This document shows positions 1 to 11,258 of a stretch of 60,000 bases of DNA, one piece after another. Made by a program: the position numbers and the translations under genes. Every line of letters begins with the position of its first letter. Position 1 is the first letter of the stretch. The notes under the pieces were generated by a model. The model was given only the letters and a program-made list of their open reading frames with translations. It was not told the origin of the DNA and ran no database searches. The DNA comes from Mobula hypostoma (taxonomy: Eukaryota), in contig NC_086108.1 in NCBI RefSeq assembly GCF_963921235.1, positions 44,518,001 through 44,578,000 on the forward strand, in the 5' to 3' direction.

Positions 1-270
1 CCTCGAGTCAGCGCAAACGCTGTATTACAGCAGCACTTTTTTTTGGCTACATTGAATTCAAGTGCGCTAACTTACAGAATGCAGGCAAAGTTCAGGGTTA
101 TATATTCATATAAAATTGCTCATTTGCCAAAAATCAACAGGTTGGCTTTCACCCGAGACCCGACCGGCCATCATGGAAGTCGGGACACGACAGCCCAACG
201 CATGCGCACGGCCAGCCCCAGCAACGACACCTACCGGAGCAAAAGGGCAGGGCAGCTCTATTTCGAGGGC

Positions 271-650
271 ACAAAATAATCTGCAGATGCTGGGGTCAAA
301 GCAACACGCACAACACGCTGGAGGATCTCAGCAGGTCGGGCAGCACCTGTGGAAACGAACAGTCGACGTTTCAGGCCGGAACCCTTCATCAGGACTGAAG
401 AAGGAGGGGGCAGAGGCCCTATAAAGGAGGTGGGGGGAGGGTGGGAAGGAGAAGGCTAGAAATGTTCCAGGTGAAAAACCAGTAAGGGGAAAGATAAAGG
501 GGTGGGGGGAGAGGATAGGCAGGAAAGGTGAAGAAGGAATAGGGGAAAGCATAATGGGTAGTAGAAAGAGGCAGAACCATGAGGGAGGTGATAGGCAGCT
601 GGAGGAGGGGGCAGAGTGAAACTGGAATGGGGAAGGGAGGGAGAGGGATT
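271..650 (-). mobile_element. Penelope-like element 3' terminal (pseudo-LTR) fragment
   Basis: Similar to the terminus of the Penelope element at 6541-6950, with purine-rich tract and hammerhead motif. Flanked by an imperfect repeat TTTCGAGGGCACA / TTTTGAGGGGTCACA. Confidence 0.75.
360..397 (-). ncRNA. Minimal type I hammerhead ribozyme motif (Penelope type)
   Basis: Minus strand reads CAGUC-CUGAUGA-A-GGGUUCCGGCCU-GAAAC-GUC-GACUG: full core, 5-bp stem I, stem II, loopless palindromic stem III (ACGU), GUC triplet. Confidence 0.7.
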
Positions 651-910
651 TTGAGGGGTCACATTCTGCTAATCACCATCAGCATGTGCAGGATTGGGAC
701 AGATCTAACTGCCACCCATCAATAAGAGATAATTAAATCTTACTGTAATGACGTACTTCGAGACACCCATAAAACCCTTTGCTGCAGTCAAAGGACAGCG
801 GTGACTATATCACGTCCATTTAGGAGAACACCAACCACAACATCTAGAATAATCAGCATCCTTTGGTGTTAGTGCTTCATATCTTCTATCCAGCATTAGG
901 GTAAAAAAAA

Positions 911-1213
911 ATGGTCAGCCTAATTATGCTGCATGGAAAGGGAAGGGGGTCATCATGGTCAAGAGCTGACACCAAACATGGTCGGGAAGCGGCAAGGAGA
1001 GGGAGAGAACAAGAATCAGATGAAGCCAGGGCCGCACGGCTCCAGGATCAAAGAGTCAGGACAAAAAAGATGAGAGAAGAGGAGACAGAGGAGGAGAGGC
1101 ATGCACGTCTCCAGGATCAGAGACAAACAACAAACAGCAGAAGAGCTGAAGAGATGAGCGATGAAAGGGCTGCACGTCTCCAGAATGACAACGAGAGGCA
1201 CAAGGATGGCTGA
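911..1213 (+). pseudogene. Remnant Helitron N-terminal ORF with three 23-aa STPR-like repeats
   Basis: ARLQDQR / ARLQDQR / ARLQNDN recur at exact 69-bp spacing (GCACG at 1034, 1103, 1172). Confidence 0.55.
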
Positions 1214-1316
1214 TAAACCAGAAATGATGCCATCAAAAGTGTCCTTCGTTAAAAGAGGAGCAGCTATATTTGCTTTGTGATGTGTCATTCTTCTTTAATA
1301 AACTGAGATTTTCTAC

Positions 1317-3140
1317 AGAAAAGACTGGTAAAGACAAATGTAGGTCCCCTACAGACAGAGACAGGTGAATTGATTATGGGGAGCAAGGACATGGCAGACC
1401 AATTGAATAATTACTTTGGTTCTGTCTTCACTAAGGAGGACATAAATAATCTTCCAGAAATAGTAGGGGACAGAGGGTCCAGTGAGATGGAGGAACTGAG
1501 CAAAATACTTGTTAGTAGGGAAGTGGTGTTAGGTAAATTGAAGGGATTGAAGGCAGATAAATCCCCAGGGCCAGATGGTCTGCATCCTAGAGTGCTTAAG
1601 GAAGTAGCCCAAGAAATAGTGGATGCATTAGTGATAATTTTTCAAAACTCGTTAGATTCTGGACTAGGTCCTGAGGATTGGAGGGTGGCTAATGTAACCC
1701 CACTTTTTAAAAAAGGAGGGAGAGAGAAACCGGGGAATTATAGACCGGTTAGCTTAACGTCGGTGGTGGGGAAACTGCTGGAGTCAGTTATCAAGGATGT
1801 GATAACAGCACATTTGGAAAGCGGTGAAATCATCGGACAAAGTCAGCATGGATTTGTGAAAGGAAAATTATGTCTGATGAATCTCATAGAATTTTTTGAG
1901 GATGTAACTAGTAGAGTGGATAGGGGAGAACCAGTGGATGTGGTATATTTGGATTTTCAAAAGGCTTTTGACAAGGTCCCACACAGGAGATTAGTGTGCA
2001 AACTTAAAGCACAGGGTATTGGGAGTAAGGTATTGATGTGGATGGAGAATTGGTTAGCAGACAGGAAGCAAAGAGTGGGAATAAACGGGACCTTTTCAGA
2101 ATGGCAGGCGGTGACTAGTGGGGTACCGCAAGGCTCAATGCTGGGACCCCAGTTGTTTACAAATTATATTAATGACTTGGATGAGGGAATTAAATGCAGC
2201 ATCTCCAAGTTTGCAGATGACACGAAGCTGGGTGGCAGTGTTAGCTGTGAGGAGGATGCTAAGAGGATGCAGAGTGACTTGGATAGGTTGGGTGAATGGG
2301 CAAATTCATGGCAGATGCAATTTAATGCGGATAAATGTGAAGTTATCCACTTTGGTGGCAAAAATAGGAAAACAGATTATTATCTGAATGGTGGCCAATT
2401 AGGAAAAGGGGAGGTGCAACGAGACCTGGGTGTCATTATACACCAGTCATTGAAAGTGGGCATGCAGGTACAGCAGGCGGTGAAAAAGGCGAATGGTATG
2501 CTGGCATTTATAGCGAGAGGATTCGAGTACAGGAGCAGGGAGGTACTACTGCAGTTGTACAAGGCCTTGGTGAGACCACACCTGGAGTATTGTGTGCAGT
2601 TTTGGTCCCCTAATCTGAGGAAAGACACCCTTGCCATAGAGGGAGTACAAAGAAGGTTCACCAGATTGATTCCTGGGATGGCAGGACTTTCATATGAAGA
2701 AAGACTGGATGAACTGGGCTTGTACTTGTTGGAATTTAGAAGATTGAGGGGGGATCTGATTGAAACGTATAAAATCCTAAAGGGATTGGACAGGCTAGAT
2801 GCAGGAAGATTGTTCCCGATGTTGGGGAAGTCCAGAACAAGGGGTCACAGTTTGAGGATAAAGGGGAAGCCTTTTAGGACCGAGATTAGGAAAAACTTCT
2901 TCACACAGAGAGTGGTGAATCTGTGGAATTCTCTGCCACAGGAAACAGTTGAGGCCAGTTCATTGGCTCCATTTAAGAGGGAGTTAGATATGGCCCTTGT
3001 GGCTACGAGGATCAGGGGGTATGGAGGGAAGGCTGGGGCGGGGTTCTGAGTTGGATGAGCAGCCATAATCATAATAAATGGCGGTGCAGGCTCGAAGGGC
3101 TGAATGGCCTACTCCTGCACCTATTTTCTATGTTTCTATG
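1317..3140 (+). mobile_element. 5'-truncated CR1 LINE with uninterrupted RT ORF (1370-3049)
   Basis: Motifs KSPGPDG, YLDFQKAFDKVPH, GVPQGSMLGP, KFADDTKLG. (TTTCTATG)n tail. TTTCTAC duplicated at 1310-1316 and 3141-3147. No endonuclease domain. Confidence 0.95.
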
Positions 3141-3579
3141 TTTCTACTTCAGTTTCCAAAGCAAAGCGATACGAATAGCATTCAGGAAAATTTAATGTTC
3201 GTTCTGCTCATATCAGACTGCAGTACCCTTCTCTCAAAGGGTGCCCCAATGGGTCACCCCGTTGTCTAGTTATTGTTAAAAGTGGAGATGGTTGGTTTTA
3301 AAGTTCTAATTTATTATTGATCAGTTTACAAGGTATTTTCTTTGCTTGCATGATTGTAAACTAGTAAGGAATATATGCATTATTTTTGCTCTTTTGACTA
3401 TTCTAATGTTTTTATATTAAGGGAAATTGAAACTTGCACCATGGATAATGTTAATTGTTCTGAATCTTAAATTAGATAATTGAAGGTTTAGTGAATGTTT
3501 ATTAAGATTTAGTGCTGCAAAAATGAACCAAAACTTGATGCAACAGGAAAATAAATATTTACGCTGATGTCTTTTTCAG

Positions 3580-3628
3580 GGGTCCAGGGGCTGGGCGACC
3601 ATGGCCTAATCCTTCCAACGCTAACTCA
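3580..3628 (+). CDS. SSBP3: SSBP3 internal exon, (M)GPGAGRPWPNPSNANS
   Basis: ctttttcag acceptor and gtgagt donor; 49 nt; matches the vertebrate SSBP3 Gly/Pro-rich region. Confidence 0.93.
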
Positions 3629-3644
3629 GTGAGTAATACTTGGA

Positions 3645-4780
3645 TCTTTAGAAGGCCTTTGATAAGTTTCTACATATGAGGCTGCTAAACAAACCATTGA
3701 TATTACAGAAAAGGTACAAACATAGATAGAAGATTGACTGGCTGGTAGAAGGCAGAGTGGAAATGAAGGGGGTCTTTTCTGATTGGCTGTAAGTGTTCCA
3801 CAGAGGTTTGTGTTGGGTCTGCTACTTTTCACGTTATATGTTAATGATCTAATTGATGACTTTGTGGCCAAGTTTGGGGGTGTTACAAAGATGGCTGGAG
3901 AGGCTGGTGGTGTTGAGGAAGCGGGGAGTCTGTGCACAGACTTGGACAGGCTGGGGGAATGGGCAAAGAAGTGGCAGATGGAATGCAGTGTAAGGAAGTG
4001 TAATGTCATACACTTTGATAGAAGGAATAAAGGCGTGGACTGTTTTATAAACAGGGAGTGAATTCAGAAATTGGAGGTGCAAGGGGTCTTTGGGAGTCCT
4101 GTGTGGGTTTACATAAAGGTTAACTTGCACATTGAGTCAACAGCAAGCAAGATAAAGGCAATGTTAGCATTCATTTCGAGAGGACTGGAATATAAAAGCA
4201 ATGCTGAGTAACTATAAGCTGTTGATCAGACTGAATTTGGAGTATTGTGAGCAATTTTGGGTTCCAAATCTAGGGAAGGATGTGCTGGCATTGGAGAGAG
4301 TCAAAGATTGTTTAGAGTGATCTTGGGGATGAAAGAATTAATGTATGAGGAGTATTTGATGACTCTGGGCTGCTATTCACTTGAGTTTAGAAGGATGAGG
4401 GGTAATCTCATGAAACATGAAATATTGAAAGGCCTGGATAGAGAGGACATGCAGAGGATGTTTCCTGCAGTGGAAGAGTCTAGGACCAGAGAACACACTC
4501 AGAACAATACAGCACAGAGCTGAGACACTTCTCTAGACAAAGGGTAGGGAATCTGTGGAGGCTGTTATTAGGTATATTTAAAGCAGAGGTTGATAAGTTC
4601 TTGATTAGTAAGGATGTCAAAGGTTATGGGAGAAGGCAGCAGAATGTGGTTGAGAGGGAAAAATAAATCAACCATACCTTTTTTAAAAAAAAGGTAGATT
4701 GGATGTTAATGGATTCAAAGGTATGGGAATAATTTGGAGAAATCAGCCATGGTGAATGGCCAACTCCTATTTCTTGTGCT
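3645..4780 (+). mobile_element. Degenerate CR1 RT and 3' fragment
   Basis: Decayed LDFQKAFDK, PQ..VLG and KF...TK motifs (ORFs 3783-4061, 4257-4523) with many stops. Confidence 0.85.
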
Positions 4781-4784
4781 CATA

Positions 4785-5350
4785 CAGTTCTTGCATTGCT
4801 TCCTTGCCCTGTATTCTATACCTTGGCTAATAAAAGAAAGTAATTTGAATGCCATTATAATTGCATTATTGAGCTATCTGTGGATACATATTAAATCCTT
4901 CTGTTCCTCCATGTCACTCGATATCCTTCCATTTCGGCTCTACATACGCATCATCTCACACTCTCTGAATTAAATTCCATTTGCTGTTTCTCTGACCAAT
5001 ATCTTCCTGCAGTCAAAGTGTTGAACTACACAGTGAGTTTTTATTATCACTAAGCAATCATGGTTCTCACATTTAGGTCTAAATTATTAATAAAAAGCAA
5101 AAAAGAAGGGACTGAGTACTGAGCTGTGTGGAGCCTCAGAGGTGTTACACTCCCAATCAAAAAAGCACCCATCAACCATTTTTATCTGCTTCCTGGAGCT
5201 AAGCTAATCATGGATCCACTTTTTCCCTTGCTCTTAAATCCCATTACTTCTCTGACTAATCAACCACATGGAAACTTTTAAAAGGCTCTGCTAAAATCCA
5301 TGTAGACAACCTTGGATGCACTGCCCTTTTCAATCCTCCGTATTCCATGC
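4785..5350 (-). mobile_element. Highly degenerate CR1 RT fragment
   Basis: Reverse complement resembles the DVVYMDFSKAF and GSVLSP regions; boundaries approximate. Confidence 0.5.
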
Positions 5351-5374
5351 TCAAAATATATATTCAACCAAGTT

Positions 5375-5750
5375 GGTCGTCGTCGTCATTATTATTATGT
5401 GCTGTATCACATGAGGAGGGCGATCATGGTGTACATGACCATGATTATTCTTGGCAGATTTTTCTACGGAAGTGGTTTGCTATTGCTGCCTCCTGGGCAG
5501 TTTACAAGATGGATGATCCCAGCCATTATCAATACTCTTCAGAGATTGTCTGCCTGGTGTCAATGGTCGCATAACCAGGACTTTTGATATGCACTAGTTG
5601 CTCATTGAACCATCTACCACCTGCTCCCATGGCTTCATGTGACCCTGATTGGGAACTATGCAGGTGCTACACCTTGCCCAAGGTGACCTGCGGGCTAGTG
5701 GAGGGAAGGGGTGCTCCTCCTTCGGCAGAGACATATCTCCATCCTGCCAT
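5375..5750 (-). mobile_element. RTE-related SINE or short RTE 3' element
   Basis: GAAGTGGTTTGCTATTGC resembles the RTE/BovB-type 3' motif in reverse; (TCG)n(ATT)n tail at the left end. Confidence 0.5.
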
Positions 5751-6540
5751 CCAAAGTTAGTCATACATAATCTTAAACCCATGTTGAAGGTCCTGGAGTG
5801 GTTCCAGTGGAAGTATGTTAAGGTGGCCAATATTTTTAAATGGAAGCAGAGCAAGGAGAGAGTTACTGATCTTATGAAATGCTGCACAAGTAATCTTTTT
5901 TAATCTGGATCTGTAATCATATTTTTCCATATGGGTGCGCTTCTCAAAACCACCTCTTCTAATATGGTATTCTATGTGGCTTTCTTTTTTAAAAAAAAGT
6001 TTGGGAATGAACCTCCTCTACATGTTATTTTCATTGTATTATATTTTCAGACAGATGGGCTTGGTTATAGAAAAGTTTGGGAGTTATTAAGACAGGACAA
6101 AGTGCCTCCAGCATTGTTTGTTCTGAAACTGCAAGGCTTGTCCTTCAGATGTTTTATATCACCTGTTCCGTTATGCATTCTAACTAATAGCTGGCTCACG
6201 TTTTACATGTGTGTTAGACTGTTCTCTAATGATCTATTCTGGCAAATTATCAATAATATTCTTGGTAGATTATCAGCATTACTTCCTTGAAAAAAATATA
6301 AGCTTAAACTACTTCTGAATATTCTAACTTTAGGACATTAAATTTTGTTAATTTAATGCAAAATTAGCAGAAGAACTGGTATATTTTCTTAAGCTTTTTG
6401 TGCTTCTCATTTATTTGGGTGTTAGATCACATTAAAGCCTTTGATTCAACAGTCCCTCTAATGGTGATAATTCTTGCAGATTAAAGTTCTTTCAGGGAAT
6501 TTTCCTGATTGTCAGTGGGTAAAATACATGTTATTCAATC

Positions 6541-7133
6541 CAAATGAGAAAACCTGCAGATGCTGGAAATCAAGCAACACATACAAAAGGCTGGAGGAAC
6601 TCAGCAGGTCAGGCAGTATCTATGGAAAAGAGCAAACAGTCAACGTTTTGGGCCGAGATCCTTCAACAGGACTGGAATAAAAAGATAAAGAAGGTGGGGA
6701 GAGTGGAGGAAGAAACACAAGGTGATAGGTGAAACCGCGAGGGAGCGGGGAAGGAGGTAAAGCAGGGAGCTGGGGAATTTATTGGTGAGAGGTACAGGGC
6801 TGGAGAAGGGGGAAATCTGATAGAAGAAGACAGAGGGTCATGGAAGAAAGAAAAGGGGGAGGAGCACCAGAGAGAGGTGATTGGCTGGTAAGGAGATAAG
6901 CTGAGAGGGAAAAGGGACTGGGGAATGGTGAAGGGGATGGACGATTACTGGAAGCTTGAAAAATCGAGGTTCGTGCCACCAGGTTGGAGGTTACCTATAC
7001 AGGATACAAGATGTTGCTCCTCCAGCCTGAAGGTGGCCTCATCACAACAGTAGAGGAGGCAGTGGACTGACATGTTGGAATGGGAACAGGAAATGGAATT
7101 AAAATGGGTGGCCACTGGGAGATTCCGCTTTAT
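6541..7133 (-). mobile_element. Penelope-like element, 3' part (GIY-YIG C-terminus and terminal repeat with degenerate hammerhead)
   Basis: ORF ends KRNLPVATHFNS...LEEQHLV...LQPGGTNLDFSSF. Hammerhead at 6637-6674 has a mutated core (CUGUUGA, AAAAC). Confidence 0.88.
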
Positions 7134-10100
7134 AACCATATAACAATTACTGCACGGAAACAGGCCATCTTGGCCCTTCTAGTCCATGCCGAATGCATTA
7201 CTCTCACCTAGTCCCACCGACCTGCACTCAGCCCATAACCCTCCATTCCTCTGCTGTCCGTATACCTGTCCAATTTTTCTTTAAATGACAATATCGAACC
7301 TGCCTCCACCACTTCTATCGGAAGCTCGTTCCACACAGCCACCACTCTGAGTAAAGAAGTTCCCCCTTATGTTACCCCTAAACTTTTGCCCCCTAACTCT
7401 CAACTCATGTCCTCTTGTTTGAATATCCACTACTCTAAATGGAAAAAACCTATCCACGTCAACTCTATCTACTCCCCCTCATAATTTCAAATACCTCTAT
7501 CAAATCCCCCCTCAACCTTCTACACTCCAAAGAATAAAGACCTAACTTGTTCAATCTTTCTCTGTAACTTAGGTGCTGAAACCCAGGTAACATTCTAGTA
7601 AATCTTCTCTGTACTCTCTCTATTTTGTTGACATCTTTCCTATAATTCAGTGAGAGAACTGTACACAATACTCCAAATTTGGCCTGACCAATGCCTTGTA
7701 CAATTTTAACATTACATCCCAACTCCTATACTCAATGCTCTGATTTATAAAGGCCAGCATACCAAAAGCTTTCTTCACCACCCTATCCACATGAGATTCC
7801 ACCTTCAGGGAACTATGCACCATTATTCCTAGATCCCTCTGTTCTACTGCATGCTTCAGTGCCCTACCATTTACCATGTATGTCCTATTTTGATTAGTCC
7901 GACCAAAATATACCACCTCACACTTATCAGTATTAAACTCCATCTGCCATCTTTTAGCCCACTCTTCTAACTGGCCTAAATCTCTCTGCAAGCTTTGAAA
8001 ACCTACTTCATTATCCACAACGCCACCTATCTTAGTATCATCTGCATATTTACTAATCCAATTTACCACCCCATCATCCAGATCATTAATGTATATGACA
8101 AACAACAATGGACCCAATACAGATCCCTGAGGCACACCACTAGTCACCGACCTCCAACCTGACAAACAGATATCCACCACCACTCTCTGGCATCTCCCAT
8201 CCAGCCACTGTTGAATCCATTTTACTACTTCGATATTAATACCTAACAATTGAACCTTCCTAGCTAACCTTCCATTTGGAACCTTGTCAAAGGCCTTACT
8301 GAAGTCCATATAGACAAATCCACTGCTCTATCCTTGTCAACTTTCCTAGTAACCTCTTCAAAAAATTCAGTAAGATTTGTCAAACATGACTTTCCACGCA
8401 CAGATCCATGTTGACTGTTCCTAATCAGACCCTGTCTATCCAGATAATTATATATACCATCTCTAAGAATACTTTCCATTAATTTACCCACCACTGACGT
8501 CAAACTTACAGGCTGATAATTGTTAGGTTTACTCTTAGAACCCTTTTTAAACAATGGAACCACATGAGCAATACGCCAGTCCTCCGGCACCATCCCCGTT
8601 TCTAATGACATTTGAAATATTTCTGTCAAAAGCCCCTGCTATTTCTACACTAACTTCCCTCAAGGTCCTAGGGAATATCCTGTCAGGACCCGGTGACTTA
8701 TCCACTTTTATATTCCTTAAAAGCACCAGTACTTCCTCTTCTTTAATCATCATAGTTTCCATAACTTCCCTAATTGTTTCCCTTACCTTACACAATTCAA
8801 TATCCTTCTCCTTAGTGAATACAGAAGAAAAGAAATTGTTCAAAACCTCCCCCATCTCTTTTGACTCCACACATAGCTATCCACTCTGATTCTCTAAGGG
8901 ACCGATTTTATCCCTCACCATCCTTTTGCTATTAATATAACTGTAGAAACCCTTTGGATTTATTTTCACCTTACTTGCCAAAGCAACCTCGTATCTTTTA
9001 GCTTTTCTAATTTCTTTCTTAAGATTCTTTTTACATTCTTTATATTCCTCGAGCACCTCATTTACTCCACGCTGCCTATATTTATCGTAGATATCTCTCT
9101 TTTTCCGAACCAAGTTTCCAATATCCCTTGAAAACCATGGCTCTCTCAAACTTTTAACCTTTCCTTTCAACCTAACAGGAACATAAAGATTCTGTACCCT
9201 CAAAATTTCACCTTTAAATGACCTCCATTTCTCTATTACATCCTTCCCATAAAACAAATTGTCCCAAACCATTCCTTCTAAATCCTTTCGCATCTCCTCA
9301 AAGTTAGCCTTTCTCCAATCAAAAATCTCAACCCTGGGTCCAGACCTATCCTTCTCCATAATTATATTGAAACTAATGGCATTGTGATCACTGGACCCGA
9401 AGTGCTCCCCAACACAAACCTCCGTCACCTGACCTATCTCATTCCCTAACAGGAGATCCAACACTGCCTCTTCTCTAGTTGGTACCTCTATGTATTGCTG
9501 CAAAAAACTATCCTGCACATATTTTACAAAATCCAAACCATCCAGCCCTTTTACAGTATGGGCTTCCCAGTCTATGTGTGGAAAATTAAAACCTTCCACA
9601 ATCACAACCTTGTGCTTTCTACAAATATCTGCTATCTCCTTACAGATTTGCTCCTCCAATCCTCGCTCCCTATTAGGTGGTGTATAATACACCCCTATAA
9701 GTGTTAGTATACCTTTCCCATTCCTCAATTCCACCCAAATAGCCTCCCTCGACGAGCCCTCTAATCTATCCTGCCAGAGCACCGCTGTAATATTTTCTCT
9801 GAAAAGCAATGCAACACCTCCCCCCCTTGTCCCTCCGATTCTATCACACCTGAAGCATCGAAATCCAGGAATATTTAGTTACCAATCACACCCCTCCTGC
9901 AACCATGTTTCACTAATAGCTACAACATCATATTTCCAGGTATCAGTCCATGCTCTAAGCTCATCCACCTTTCTTACAATGCTCCTAGCATTAAAATAAA
10001 TGCATTTAAGAAATTTTCCACTTCTTGCTCTCTGTTTATCACTAATGGTGCAAGCAACTTTACTATCTTCTTCTTCCTTCTCCCCCTACATCTTTTCCTA

Positions 10101-11258
10101 CACTCTGGTTCCCTTCCCCCCTTGTATCTAGTTTAAATCCACTGGAGCCTCTCTAGCAAACCTACCTGCAAGAATATTTGTTCCCCTCCAGTTCAGATGT
10201 AAACCGTCCTGCCGGAACAGGTCCCACCTTCCCTGGAAAACTGCCCAATTATCTATAAATCTGAAGCCTTTCTCCTGCACCATGTCTTCACCCACGTGTT
10301 GATCTTCTCTATCTTACTATTTCTAAACCCGCCTGCACGTGGCACTGGTAGCAATCCTGAGATTGCTATCCTGGAGGTCCTGTCCTTTAACTTAGTGCCT
10401 AACTCCTAAACTCACCTTTCAGGACCTCCTTACTTACTCATCCTACCCACGTCATTAGTCCCTTCATGCACCACGACATCTGGCTACTCACCCTCCCTCT
10501 TGAGGATACTGAGAACTCGATCCGAGATATCGCCGACCCTGGCACTAGGGAGGCAACAGACCATCCGGGATTCTCAATCTCTTCCACAGAACCTCTTATC
10601 TGTCCTCCTAACTATCAAATCCCCTATCACTACTGCTCTCCTCTTTTCCCTCCTTCCCTTCTGAGCTGAGGGTCCAGTCTTGGTGCCAGAGATGCAACCA
10701 CTGCAACTTGTCCCTGGTAGGTCGTCCCCATCAACAGTATCCAAAATGATTTACTTATTATTGGTGGGAATGGCCACAAGGGTGCTCTGCTCTTCCTGTC
10801 TATTCCCCTTCCCTCTCCTGACAGTCACCCAGCTATCCTGACTCCTAGGGGTGACTCTCCCTGTAACTCCTGTTTATTTCTGCCTCTACCTCCCGAATGA
10901 TCCAAAGTTCATCCAGCTCCAGCTCTAGTTCCCTAATTTGGTTTGTCAGGAGCACCTTTCACAGGTGCAGTCATCAGGGACAATTGTGTTCGCCCTGACT
11001 TCCCACATACTGCAAACGGAGCACTCGATTGCCCTAACTGCTGCCTGCACTACCTACTTCTAAGTTAATTAGAGTAATTAAAGGAACTTACCTGGCCTTA
11101 CCTCAGCCTCTCCTCACTGAAGCCTCTCGAGCCAAAGCCTTCCTACTCTGTCTCCCACTACTCCGTCGCCTGCTCAGTTAATCTGCTCGTTTTTTAAACA
11201 CTCGCACTCCAATTTTCACGCGCTTGCGCAGCCGTGCTCCGTTCAACTGCTGAATAAA
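7134..11258 (-). mobile_element. Apparently full-length CR1 LINE (5' UTR, ORF1 esterase-like, ORF2 APE+RT), frameshifted
   Basis: APE (ORF 8877-9809, SSDHNAI) and RT pieces (8547-8870, 8264-8629, 7647-8309 with YADD, 7465-7722). ORF1 remnant about 10130-11000. TTAT at both junctions (7130-7133, 11259-11262). Confidence 0.93.

Larger units (their letters stand above)
1..3269 (+). mobile_element. Non-autonomous Helitron (5' end not seen in window), hosting a Penelope terminus and a CR1
   Basis: 3' end has GC-rich hairpin GGGTGCCCCAATGGGTCACCC (3239-3259), then CTAG (3266-3269) followed by host T. Internal ORF 911-1213 has E/R-rich 23-aa repeats. No Rep or helicase domain is present. Confidence 0.7.

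Noticed and set aside
1370..3049. 559-aa ORF as a host gene or domesticated RT
   Set aside because: Ordinary CR1 ORF2 fragment with CR1 tail and TSD; youth explains the open frame.
6637..6674. Second hammerhead ribozyme
   Set aside because: Core mutated (CUGUUGA, AAAAC); treated as an inactive relic, like those near 39141 and 50455.
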